A stretch of DNA of 64,000 bases, taken from contig OZ024756.1 in NCBI GenBank assembly GCA_964016885.1, positions 5,456,001-5,520,000 of the forward strand. The letters are read 5' to 3'. This DNA comes from Eledone cirrhosa. Taxonomy: Eukaryota. This document shows positions 52,732 to 64,000 of this stretch, in pieces. A program made the translations under genes and the position numbers. The stretch's first letter is position 1, and each line of letters starts with the position of its first letter. A model generated the notes under the pieces. The model was not told the DNA's origin, did no database searches, and saw only the letters and a list, made by a program, of their open reading frames with translations.

Positions 52732-54198
52732 GTATATAAACAAGTAATATATGGTTAACATATATAGAATGATGATCTCATACGTGGAGATGCTATAAAA
52801 TAGCTCATAAAATAGAGTACAAACCTTAAAGACGGGAAAAGAAGTTGCCATCAGCCACTTTAAATGTTTTTACCCTATATTATAACTTATTTCAGAGTAT
52901 TTCCGCGCATGAACACACCACTTTTTATATTAATTCTATCCCCTCAGCCCTTCGTAAAAGTCCGAGAGATCGGCTACGTATACTCCATGTTTGTTGATAT
53001 ATGGTATATGCTTTTATATACCAGCCTATTTGAGTTCATGTACCAATTATGGTGTTATTACTAATGTGTGTAGTAGTAAGTATATTTAGTAATACGTAGC
53101 TTCAGTTGTACTTGTTAATCCATACTTATTGATTTTTTTATGGTACGTATTACTAAATATATTTACTTTGTTGCTTCTGATAGTTTCTGCTCCATCTTAA
53201 CCCTGCTAAATCTATCTTTATGTGTATTTTTATTATATTTATTGTCAAATGTCGAGTCAATGATGTAATGTTTGTTTTGGATAGACATTTAGTTTGTTGT
53301 TACCATGGAGACATATATGGCCACCATTCTTGTTTTCGGTTTTCCATTCTTTGTGTCTGCTTTCTTATTTTTTCTCTGTTCTGTAATGACCTCATTTCCC
53401 CGAGTCTTGTAGGTTATGCTGTATTTTTCATTGTTTCCATATCTCATTGTTTCCATATCTCATTTATTATATGTATGATATGTTCTTTCTTTCATGGAAG
53501 GTTCTGTGTTGTATTTTTGTGTGTGATGGATTGAGATGTGAAGTTTTTTGTTATTAGTTTGAGAGGTCATCACTTTTATACATGGCCGAATGTTATATTT
53601 TATATTTAGTCTGTATTTTTTCCATGAGTTTTATTGTATTTTTTCTGTTTACGGGATTCATGTAACTTTTGAGAACATATCTCTCTATCTTCAATATTGT
53701 GTTTTAGTATCATTTTTTTACTTTACATCTTCCCTATTTTCTTCTCCATAACTTGTATAACATTTTTATGGTGCACATGTTTATTTCATATATTATCGAT
53801 GTATAATATGCATGTTACATCTTCAATTCTTGTTTTATTATCAAAGAAGCTAGCAGTAAGGAGTTCATAATCTATATTTACAAGAGTTGACCGAATTTTA
53901 TCTATATTAATTGTCTCTTATTAAATCAAAAGAGGTCGTGGCCTGCTCACCTCATATATTGTTTTATAGAGTATATTTGTCCAGTGGAGAGTTTGAATGT
54001 TGTAGAAGCATTGCTCTAAAAGAGAAATACATGTTCTAGCGAGGTGTTGTATATATACATGCATATATACATGTATTCACATATACATATATACATACAT
54101 GCATACATATATACATACATATTTATATGTATATACATACACAAATACATACGCATACATTATATATAATGTATATATTCATAAACATTCATAAATAT

Positions 54199-54233
<35 letters not shown>

Positions 54234-54294
54234 GAGAACAGACTTTAGTCTCACATTTATCATTACTATATATATGAGAGAGAGAGATATATGT

Positions 54295-54443
54295 ATCCCG
54301 GGTTCAATCGGGGGTAAGCACAGTAAGTAAGGTACTCAATACATGGCAGATTATAAATGTTTAATATAGAAATGACTTCTACAGGATTAGAATTGTTTCA
54401 TTTGAATGAAACAGTTCTAGTCCTGTAGAAGCCATTTCTATTA
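54295..54443. mobile_element. Family F foldback copy lacking the CTGANGA half
   Basis: 54362-54443 is a palindrome centred in stem II. Homologous to 54475-54672 and 59290-59425. Confidence 0.75.
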
Positions 54444-54554
54444 TATATATATATATATATATATAAGGTAAGTTATTCCGGGTTGAATCGGAGGTAACCA
54501 CAGTAAGTAAGGTACTCAGTACATAGCAGAGTATAACAGTTTTAATATAGATGA

Positions 54555-54603
54555 GATTCTACAGGAGTAGAACTGTTTCATTCTTTAGAAATCATCAGGA
54601 ATC
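54555..54603 (-). ncRNA. Type I hammerhead ribozyme, family F
   Basis: Minus strand reads GATTC-CTGATGA-T-TTC(TAAA)GAA-T-GAA-ACAG(TTCTACTC)CTGT-A^GAATC. Confidence 0.9.
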
Positions 54604-54604
54604 T

Positions 54605-54653
54605 GATTCCTGATGATTTCTAAAGAATGAAACAGTTCTATTCCTGTAGAATC
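54605..54653 (+). ncRNA. Type I hammerhead ribozyme, family F (mirror copy)
   Basis: GATTC-CTGATGA-TTTCTAAAGAAT-GAA-ACAG(TTCTATTC)CTGT-A^GAATC. Confidence 0.9.
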
Positions 54654-54681
54654 TCATCTATATTAAAACTATATATATATA

Positions 54682-54947
54682 TGAGGAAAAAAGATGAAAT
54701 CGAAAATGCAACTGGTGTCTTTTTTTTATAAAAATATATATTTATTTGGTTCCTTTACCGGTTTCGCAGTTCTTCTGCTTTTCAAAAATAGAATTCAAAA
54801 ATAGATGTGATAAAAACCACAAACTCTCCATCTCAATTCTACTTTTGAAAAGCAGAAGAACTGCGAAACCGGTAAAGGAACCAAATAAATATATATTTTT
54901 ATAAAAAAAGACTCCAGTTGCATTTTCGATTTCATCCTTTTCCCTTA
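54682..54947. mobile_element. Family D foldback element
   Basis: ~105-bp near-perfect arms. Each carries GAA-ACCGGT-A^AAGGAACC facing outward. Confidence 0.8.
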
Positions 54948-55004
54948 TACTTTCACTCGTGTAGGACAACTCGTTTCTTTTTTCATTTTATGAAAAAACC
55001 TAAC

Positions 55005-55100
<96 letters not shown>

Positions 55101-55541
55101 ATCAATCTCTTATAAAATTGGTTTAAATGGAAACTCGGTCTGAATCTATGCTCTTATAAAATGTATCACTTATTCAACAGTCTTAGTTCAGCAAGTGAGT
55201 GTCTTACCACCATATTGCTTCTACTAGTTTGGCATATTATCGATATAACCATTAATTATCTGCAAACCTGCATCTTGCTGCCTTCAGTTCATTGATATAT
55301 ATTTCAACTATTGTGACTAACAACTGTTATTTGTTCTTGTTAACACATTATGTACCGTATACATTTCAATAGCTAAACCTACGTTAAATAACATCAAAAA
55401 CAAACTGAATATAACCTCAGTGTTATGGTACAGTGATACAATGCAAGAATTTACTTTTAAATAATTTATTCCCACATGAGATTTTCTTACCCAATACGAA
55501 CATAATCGTTTATTTTTGCTATTTTCTATTTCATATATTTA

Positions 55542-55868
55542 CAGCGTTACCCTAGCATTGACGGTTCCAGTTATTCGCGGAATTTACCTTAGAATCTAAC
55601 TGATAATAGTTGATGGAATATTCGCGGAATCGTAAATATCTGCCCCGATTTTTTTATGGCAATATATATATATATTTTTTCACACTTTTTAACGCTAAAT
55701 TATTAGTAACAATAAATCATATTTGCCGGCTTATTTTTTTACGTTATGTTTTCAAGTTTGTAAGTATTTTATGGACCACGTTCATTATTCACGGTTTACA
55801 ATCTTCGCGGGTTTCACTCTTCGAGGGTCTCTAGGGATCTAACCCCCGTGAATACCGGATGACAACTG
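55542..55868. mobile_element. Tc1/mariner-pogo (Tigger-like) MITE
   Basis: TA|CAGCGTTACCC...GGATGACAACTG|TA. Repeated internal TTCGCGG motifs. TA target duplication. TIRs are decayed. Confidence 0.6.
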
Positions 55869-56586
55869 TATTTCTTTTAATAACCTTCAATATTTCTGTT
55901 AAAGTTTCATTTCGTTTCGTTTAGTTGTGTATTTATTTTCAATTTTGTTTATTTTGTTATAAGCACCTGTTTTCTTTTGCCCGTTAATATGATTGCTTCT
56001 CCAATTTCCAAATTCTAACAAAAAATATAAATGACCACATAAGCTAAGTTGGTATTTGTCAACATAAGGTTATGTACCGATTGTCTGTCATAACTACCAA
56101 ACACTATGTACCCACCCCTTTATTACGCATTTCAACATTCATTACAAATATATAGGGGTGGAATAATGGAAACCAAATGTTCCTAGAATATTTTGCCAAC
56201 ATTCTTAAACCAGAAACTGCTTTGTAGTTAAGTGGCAAAAATATATTTTATTAAGAAAGACAGAAGGCAGTATTCTACGCTGATATATACGCATGGTCTT
56301 TCATTCTCTTTCGCTATATAATGGGATCAATTAGAGAAGTAAACTATGTTGTAAGCATTTAGGACACAGCTCTGGACTGTTGGATAAATTCCTACTTTTC
56401 CTGTCACCCATCTCGACTCCTTAGTAGTCACGTGCACTTTCGTCTCTGACAAAGAGATACACACACGCACGCACGCACGCACGCGTGCGCATGTCTAGTG
56501 TGAGAGAGAGAGAGAAGGAGAGAGGATATGTGAAGCATATATATATGTGTGCATCTCTCTCTCTATATATATATATACATATATAT

Positions 56587-56669
<83 letters not shown>

Positions 56670-56769
56670 TATATAGATATATAGATATATATAGATATAT
56701 AGATATATAGATATAGATATATATATATAGAGAGAGAGATATATAGAGATATAGATATAGATGTAGATA

Positions 56770-56815
<46 letters not shown>

Positions 56816-56888
56816 GATATATATATATATATGTAGATATATATATATATATGTAGATATATATATATATATATGTAGATATATATAT

Positions 56889-58314
56889 AACTTTGAATAA
56901 CTTTGAAATGTTTTGGCCAGTATTGGCCCAGGCCATGTCTAACTTAATAGCACCACCTGGCGAAGTCTTTCAATTCAGGATTTGGGCACCATGGCCCATT
57001 CGAGAAGAGAATTACTGTTTGCGGAGACATATCCGGGTGTGGGTGGTTTGTCCGGGATTACTTGGAGGAATTTGTCCAAAGACTTCTTGAATTTTGTGTG
57101 GTCAGTTTCTGTTTTGACGTGTCCTGGTGTGATGTTGAAGAGAGCAGGGCCGATTGAGGTGAAATAATTGTGCCGTATTGTTGTTATGAGTTGCGATTTA
57201 GATTTTTGAATGGGACGGATAGCACGGGGCCCAAGCCTTGGGTGTATCTTGAAGGCGATGCCAACATCATTTGGGCAGTGATGATGGAACATGTTCCACA
57301 TCATGCAGATAATATAACGCTCACGGCGACGTTGGAGTGAGTAAAGTTTCAGGTTTTCTAATCGACCCCAGTAGTCAAGGTCTGACATGCCATCTATCTT
57401 TTTCGTGATTGCCCTTTGAGGAGCTTCAAGTTTCATGATACTTTGTTTCGTGTGGACAACAGTATTCAAGGTGTGGTCGGGCGAAAGTAGAGAAGAGAAG
57501 GATAATGGTGCGGGAATCTCTCGACTGGAAGGTTCTGAGGATCCAGGAACACATTCTGCGGGCCATGTCAACTTTGCTGCTTATATGCGTGGTCCAGCTT
57601 ATGTTGCTGTCCACGGTTACTCCCAAGTCTCTCATGTTGTTAGATGCCACGAGAGTTTCCCCGGAGGGAAGGGAGTACGGGAGTTTCAGAGCATCCTCTT
57701 TTCCAAAGTGGATCAGTTCGAATTTGTCTTCGTTCAGTAACATGTTGTTCTTTTCTGCCCATTGGGTAACAGCCAGTAGGTCTGACTGAAGGCTTATCCG
57801 GTCATCCACGCCATTGATGACCTTTTGGAGCTTGGAATCATCAGCGAAAATTTTAATGTTGCTGTGTTCGATGATGTCAGTGATGTCATTAATATAGATG
57901 ATGAAGAGAAGTGGGCCCAACACAGTGCCTTGTGGGACCCCACTACTGACTTTGGCTGGGCTTGATTTGACTCCCTCAACTACAACATGTTGGGTTCTGT
58001 TTGACAGGAAGCTCTTGATCCACTGCAGCAGCTTTCCAGTGACACCAATATTGGACAGCTTTCTCAGTAGAATGTTATGATCAACCCTGTCAAAGGCCTT
58101 GCTGAAATCAAGGTAGATAACATCAGTGTTGGAACCCTCTCCCAAGGCTCTCAAAATGTCATCAAAGTGATGCAGTAGCTGCGTCAGGCAATCCCTTCCA
58201 TTACGGAATCCATGCTGGTTGGAGTTCAGCATATTGTTACTCTCAAGGAAGTGGGTCATTCGCAATCTCACCACTCTCTCAAATACCTTAATGATATGAG
58301 AGGTGAGTGAGATT
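56889..58314 (-). mobile_element. 5'-truncated CR1/L2-group LINE inserted in a (TA)n/(TAGA)n tract
   Basis: RT motifs [35 protein letters not shown] and FADD. C-terminal LQRRRER. Short 3' UTR ending (TTCAAAGTTA)x2. Confidence 0.95.
56975..58313 (-). pseudogene. Reverse transcriptase ORF2 fragment with one frameshifting deletion near 57450
   Basis: Frame 1 runs to ...RPHLEYCCP and frame 2 resumes [14 protein letters not shown]. The usual W-S-P residues between them are missing. Confidence 0.9.
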
Positions 58315-58561
58315 AGATATATATATATATATATATATATGTAGATATATATAGATAGATATATACATATATATGTAGATATATATAGATATATATACAT
58401 ATATATGTAGATATATATAGATATATACATATATATGTAGATATATATATATATATATATATAGATATATACATATATATCTATATATATATAGGAAGCT
58501 ACCTTAATGGTCGCTATATTTATGGTACGTCAAAATTATTTATAAAACTGGTTATATATTG

Positions 58562-58627
58562 TATTTTATCTGACGAAGGCATGCCATATTTTTAATATGG
58601 TATCCCTGACATATGTATAATGAAATA
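58562..58627 (+). ncRNA. Degenerate hammerhead, family B
   Basis: TATTTTAT-CTGACGA-AGGCATGCCATATT...AATATGGTATCCCT-GACA (A14 changed)-TATGTAT-A^ATGAAATA. Confidence 0.65.
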
Positions 58628-58762
58628 AATATGGTTTTATAAATATAGTTTCCATTTGTTTAATATCGTATATCTATTCCAAAAACTTGTCGAGTACTTT
58701 ATATCAGTTATAAAATATTTACTTGTTGTAACCCAACAATTTTATATAAAACTTTTGCATAT

Positions 58763-59215
58763 ATGTACGTATATATACTTATATTTAAGTAAGAGCCGTA
58801 CTATGAGTGAGAAATGAAATTTCGTTTCATTTTTTCCGTTTATCGTTTTCGGTACCCCGGCCGATTAACTCACTCGATATGCAAATTAGGCTGCTCAGCC
58901 GTTAATATGCATAAGGAAAGTATATACTTTCAGACGTTCAATCATCTGGCAGGAAGGTATACGTGCTGACGATAGCTAATAAGCTTGAAACTAGTACAGC
59001 GTTCCTTTGTCAGAGTTGAACAAATGAGCAACGGTGGTTGCTAGACACTGTACGGCTTAATTCGGGATGTTTGTTTACAAACACACCGAGCATTATAATA
59101 AATGTTCGGTGAATCCATACGTACATATATATGTGTGCATGTATGTATATATATATATATATATATATACATACTACTGTACGTCTGTATACATATATGT
59201 ATGTACGCATACATA

Positions 59216-59220
<5 letters not shown>
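58763..59220 (+). mobile_element. Family C element, 438-bp monomer, circularly permuted relative to the 24145 copy
   Basis: ATGTACG(T/C)ATA(T/C)ATACTTA at 58763 and 59201. The body is homologous to the reverse complement of 24145-24605. Confidence 0.85.
58961..59002 (+). ncRNA. Minimal type I hammerhead ribozyme, family C
   Basis: ACGTG-CTGACGA-TAGCTAATAAGCTT-GAA-ACTAGT-A^CAGCGT. Confidence 0.85.
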
Positions 59221-59289
<69 letters not shown>

Positions 59290-59370
59290 TAATCCGTATT
59301 CAATCGGAGGTAACAACAGTAAGTAAGGTACTCAATACAAATCAGAGTATTGATGTTTAATATAAGAAAG

Positions 59371-59419
59371 GCTTCTACAGGACTAGAACTGTTTCATTCA
59401 TGCGAAATCCTCAGGAAGC
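59371..59419 (-). ncRNA. Type I hammerhead ribozyme, family F
   Basis: Minus strand reads GCTTC-CTGAGGA-T-TTC(GCAT)GAA-T-GAA-ACAG(TTCTAGTC)CTGT-A^GAAGC. Confidence 0.9.
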
Positions 59420-59496
59420 TGACTGTTCAAGTAAATATATATATATATATATATATATACCCCACATGTTCCTCCAATCTATCTTATTTCTCATTC

Positions 59497-59535
59497 TTTC
59501 TTCTGATGAAGGACTAGCGTCCGAAACGTTAAAAC
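59497..59535 (+). ncRNA. Minimal hammerhead ribozyme
   Basis: CTGATGA-A-GGAC(TAGC)GTCC-GAA-ACGT-T^AAAA. The core, stem II and ACGT palindrome are intact. Stem I is weak. Confidence 0.7.
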
Positions 59536-59739
59536 CCTCTTCCTTCCCTATCAAGCGTTAGCCTAATATATCCTTTCCATATACTGTACCAATTGTGTTG
59601 TTATTTCTGTTTACCTTTTACTCACTCACACACACACACACACACAGACTCAAATAATGTGCGTGCATGTGCGTGTGTGTGTGTGCGCGTTTAAACACTT
59701 AAATGAGGACAAAATGAGGAAATATACTCTATTGATGAA

Positions 59740-59960
59740 AATGATATTTATAGCCCACATCTATGGGTGTTTAGCTAGAAACCTACGATGTTATATCTCA
59801 TGGGAATATTCCTAGGGTGCTCCAACAAATAGGGAGCCTACTTCTGTCTTGGCAACGTAAAATGATTCATCGTGATAAAGAACATATCGTACCAATCGGA
59901 TAATGATTCGAACCCAGGAGCTTATGACCAGAATTCAAACACCTCACCAGGAGGCCATTT
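59740..59960 (-). mobile_element. Third tRNA-derived SINE-like element (decayed)
   Basis: Minus strand carries TGGCCTCCTGG (A-box-like) and GGTTCGAATC (B box). Confidence 0.5.
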
Positions 59961-60184
59961 CATTCCCCAATATATTTCATTAGAAACAGAAAACTCATAA
60001 ATCGTAAAGACAACTTTGCCCTTTGCAGACTTCGGTCGATTATGAAAAATTGAACTAAAACCAAACATGACATTCACTACACACACAGAAGAGATATTTG
60101 AATATCATGGCAAACATCGATAAGGTATAGGATAACAGACGCTTTAATCGGTTCACTAAATATTTGCTATTAAATATGTGAGAG

Positions 60185-60552
60185 CAGCCGAATTGGCAGA
60201 GTTGTTAAAATGTCGGATAGAAGGCTTTTTGGTATTTGGTCCGGCTTTCTGGTATTTGGTCCGGCTTTCTGGACTCCTCTGAATTCGAAGTCCGTGAGGT
60301 CAACTTTACCTTTTATTATTTCAAGATAGATGAAGGGTGGTGGATTGGCAGTATCGGTAGAGTCGCACGCCTTGCTTTGCGGCATAGAGTTACGGCCCTT
60401 TACGACCTGAGTTCAAATCCAGCCAAGGTTAACTTTGCTTTTCCTCCTTACGGGATCGATAAAATAAAGCACCAGTAACGTACTGGGGTCGATTTAATCG
60501 ACTTTCCCCTCCTCTAAATTACCGGCCTTGTTCCTGTACTAGAAATCATTAT
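60185..60552 (+). mobile_element. Partial plus full-length SINE copies
   Basis: GAGGTCAACTTTACCTTT at ~60297. Full copy at 60333-60552. Confidence 0.85.
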
Positions 60553-60769
60553 TTCGGGATAGGTGAAAAAGAACCTCTCCAGTACTAGAATCGATTCTGT
60601 CTCTATATCTCTTTCTCCCCTCCTCTCTACTACTCTCACGTTCCCACTTTGGAAGACATATGGAGTTTCCAGATCAGGAGAGGCAATGTGCTCTACCTGG
60701 TTTAAAAGTTCCAAACACTCTATGTCACTACGGTGCCTCAAGACTTACGAGTCCATACATACATATATG

Positions 60770-61080
60770 ATGATGACTGCCCCCTCGTTATCGAGTATGG
60801 CCATTGCACGATATACCATTATTAATAATTATTAATTAATTCTATCGTGCAATGCCTGTGCGTGAAGTTAATTTTTAAAGTGAGGAAAGACTGTGCACTG
60901 AGCCAATCCCACTCTCTGAGCGACACTAGCTATAATCCGAAAAGAAGAAAAGATCAACATCATCGGTAACTACTGAGCCACAGGTTTTATATCGGAGTTA
61001 TCCCGATTTCCTGAGTTGCCTTCTAGAAGAATGCCCTGACAAAGGTTAGGGGTCCTTCACTCCCAGTGGTTTAACCGCGC
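60770..61080 (-). mobile_element. Fragment related to the 26771/27698 repeat
   Basis: GCAATGCCTGTG...CCCACTCTCT shared with 26983 and, in variant form, 61679. Confidence 0.6.
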
Positions 61081-61124
61081 GGTACATGTGTATATATACA
61101 TACATACATACATACATACTGCAC

Positions 61125-61470
61125 CGAATTAAAACACTACCGGCCTGATAATGCTGTTTGATACCACACATTGAAAACGTGTTCTGTTGTAGAGATCAAC
61201 TGCCAACTTGATGTCAAATTGTAAGAAAAATACAAGAGGAGGAGGACATCTTTGATGAGGAGTTTACATATCCAATATCCAAGATACACCTTCAGCTTCA
61301 CATCCATCATTATTGGAGCTACAGATTATACACCAACCTGCTTGGACCAAAGTATAACTGGACTTGGATTTGTGGACAAAGAACGCAGCTCCATAATTCA
61401 TAAACTACAAATGGCTGCGATATCTGGCACCTTCAAAATTTGCATAACATTCTTGCGATTCAAGGGATGA
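61125..61470 (+). pseudogene. 3' end of a restriction-like-endonuclease non-LTR retrotransposon (R4/Dong/Hero-like)
   Basis: With frameshifts it translates to HYRPD...CSVVEINC.LDV and LHIQYPRYTFSFTSIIIGA...LGF...KLQMAAISGTFKICITFLRF. Confidence 0.7.
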
Positions 61471-61609
61471 CATTTTCTTTTCTTTTACAACCTTGCCACC
61501 AGGAAAGTGGCCGGTCAAATATGTACTCGAAATTAAGAGAAAGAGAAACATGCATGCTTATATGCATACGCGATTGCAGCAAACTCTGCTAAGAGTATGG
61601 CAATCGCTT

Positions 61610-61865
61610 GACAGATTATCGTTTGGTGCACTTTTAGGCTACGGCCAGCAACACGAATCTGTAACATATCCTGAACAAGCAATGCCTGTGTTTTGAAGGT
61701 TTTTTAAAGTGTGGAAAGACCTTGCACTGATCAATCCCTCTCTCAGAGCATCGAAAACACTACCCGAAAAGGAGAAAGGTGTTGTGACAACAACTGGGGA
61801 CCTTTCACTCCCAGATGAAAAGAAATCGTACTATTTGGATGGCCGTTGACTCTGCTGAGTTCCTC
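61610..61865 (-). mobile_element. Second fragment of the same repeat as 60770
   Basis: GCAATGCCTGTG...TTTTTAAAGTG(A/T)GGAAAGAC...TTCACTCCCAG. Confidence 0.6.
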
Positions 61866-61904
61866 CGCATGCATATTACATTCATACATACATGTATACA
61901 TATG

Positions 61905-62111
61905 CAGAACTGATGAGAAATCTGCAGATACTCCACCCTGATTACACCTTCAGATTTATGCCTGTGGTGTGTTAGTAACTGCCTCAATACAAATCTTGAG
62001 AAGCTAGGCTTCACAGGAACAGAAAGAACACAACTTGTTAGGAAATTACAAGTACAATCCATTAATGGAACAGTAAAAATATGTAAAACATTCCAAAAAT
62101 GTTGCATCTAA
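61905..62111 (+). pseudogene. Second, divergent restriction-like-endonuclease LINE 3' end
   Basis: LMRNLQILHPDYTFRFMPVV...NLEKLGF...LVRKLQVQSINGTVKICKTF aligns by eye with 61252-61470. Confidence 0.7.
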
Positions 62112-62618
62112 TAACTGCACATACACACGTACAGATACAAAGCATATTCACATGCACACATACAACTCAAAACATACACATCCACACATACAATAACATC
62201 CATATCTACACATGCATGCATACATACATATCTACCTAGTTGATGTTGTGTAAATTCCAATGAGAGATCTTGTGTCTATGTTAGAAACCAACTCTCTCCC
62301 TCTATTGGTAACACTTTGTGAAATTATAAAACCAGAATAACATACATATATACATATGTGTGGGGCAAAATATTGCGAGTAAGAAAACAAAGCAGGGGAA
62401 AAACAACTGATGTGTATATGCACGAGCAAAACATGTGAAACAAAAAGAAAATGAAATATAAAATAAAAATGAAAAACTGCCACTGAACCCTAGTTGAGAC
62501 ATTTTCTGTGAGATTCCTAATCGAGAAACATTTGTTTGAATGTGATATTAAACGCGATGTACAGTTTTCTAACGCGGCTTCCAACATATGGTACATCACC
62601 CATATTATATGCCATGTG

Positions 62619-62870
62619 CAGGGCCAGATTTAATGGGGGTAAATCGGGAGCCCCACAAGCAACGGCCTTCAGCTGGGCTTTTTAGTTTTAGGATGGTTAG
62701 ATTCTGTTAATTCAATAACTTATGTATAACTTTTCCATCCCAGTTACTTGCGCCAAGCTAACTTTGATACGTAAAATTGGGGGTTTTGCTGTATATTCTA
62801 TTTTTGTGTATATAGTCGCCCACCCAAACATGAAGGTCACCGAGCACCCTAAGATCTAAATCTAACCCTG
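62619..62870. mobile_element. hAT-type MITE
   Basis: TIRs CAGGGCCAGATTTA and TAAATCTAACCCTG match at 12 of 14 positions. The 8-bp TSD is not preserved. Confidence 0.6.
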
Positions 62871-64000
62871 CTCATATAAGTCCTTCAATACATCTTGACG
62901 TTGTTGATCAGTGAGTTGACCAGTATTCATACAACTCGTTGACCTTTGTATAGGTCGAATACCAGGCAAAGATTCTCTCGGAGAAAAAGCCATCATGCAC
63001 TAGATTTGTATTCGCTCCTTGCTCAATATATATTGGAGAGTGAAGTCACTAATTTTATTTATATATATGCTTGTATGTTGTATGTTTTTTACACACACAC
63101 GGACACTCGCACGCGCATACACATACATACAGACACACACTCGCACGCGCATACACATACATACAGACACGCACAGGCACGCACATACATATATATACAG
63201 ACACACACATGTTATATCTATTATTTCACTTTTCTCTCTTTCTCTCAGACATGGGACTCTGTGTGTTGATATGTTTAAAATGTATTGCTAAATAGTGTTT
63301 GTTCATATAAAACGGAAGACTAAAACCAGCCACTACAGCATGGAAGATTGATTTTCGCCATTAAAAAATAAAAAAATCTATTAAATTTCCTCAAAATGTA
63401 TTAATTTTTATTGCGCTGGAACCGTGTCAGTGAAAAGGTATGAAACATCCCTCTAAAACATTGAATCCAGGTGTGGTAAGAAACTTATAGGAGAGCTGGA
63501 CAGTAGAAGGTCTTCAGAGAAGAACCCTCTCGCCTCCAGCACTCAAGTGTTTGGGCACTTAACTTCTCATCCAGAAAATTCAGGTTAATGTGAAGTAAAT
63601 AATCGTTGGGTGTGCTTTTTATTAGCAGCTAACATGTCCCTTCCATGCTGTAATTACATTAGTTTCAATACAGGGTCTCAGATCAAGTCACTTACCAGAC
63701 AAGCACAATGTCAAAATATAAAGGCTACATTCTAATACTATTGTAGCAAATAAAAACGGACTTTACTCAACTATCTTATCAGACAGAAAAGTCTGTCATC
63801 AGGTCGGAAAGAAACGAGATGTGTGTGTTGACAAATTTGCTATATATTTTCTTAGTTTTACTTTCTGTGACGTTAGAGAATAATACACCATTGCCATTTA
63901 TGGTCATCTCGTTCTTTCCATACAAACAATTATTTATTGTAATTTATCACTTTATTATAAGAATATAATACACATACACACCACACACACAGAATGGAGC

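Noticed and set aside
57835-57846. CTGATGA inside the LINE, and another at 61909
   Set aside because: These are codons of the FADD motif and of L-M-R. No ribozyme stems.
63765-63806. Minus-strand CTGATGA-CAGAC...GTCT-GATA
   Set aside because: GAAA is altered and stems I and III are absent.

Overview
AT-rich, repeat-saturated animal DNA. The SINE family and the density of (TA)n/(CA)n tracts suggest a coleoid cephalopod such as Octopus (inference). No intact host protein-coding gene is supported: most long ORFs are translations of tandem repeats. The window holds a 15.4-kb 18-bp satellite with a ~2.9-kb higher-order period, several minisatellites, about 19 copies of one tRNA-derived SINE, a 5'-truncated CR1/L2-type LINE, two restriction-like-endonuclease LINE 3' ends, and hAT-, Tigger- and Helentron-like non-autonomous elements. 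The main result is at least 15 intact-core and about 5 degenerate type I hammerhead ribozymes from roughly 10 sequence families. They sit in short ORF-less elements embedded in (TA)n. Several share one architecture: a 5' inverted arm, then a terminally redundant monomer of ~440-600 bp, then (TA)n. Two copies of one family are circular permutations of each other. This points to a diverse Penelope-like/retrozyme-like non-autonomous system that may replicate through circular or multimeric RNA. All folds were read by eye and boundaries are approximate.
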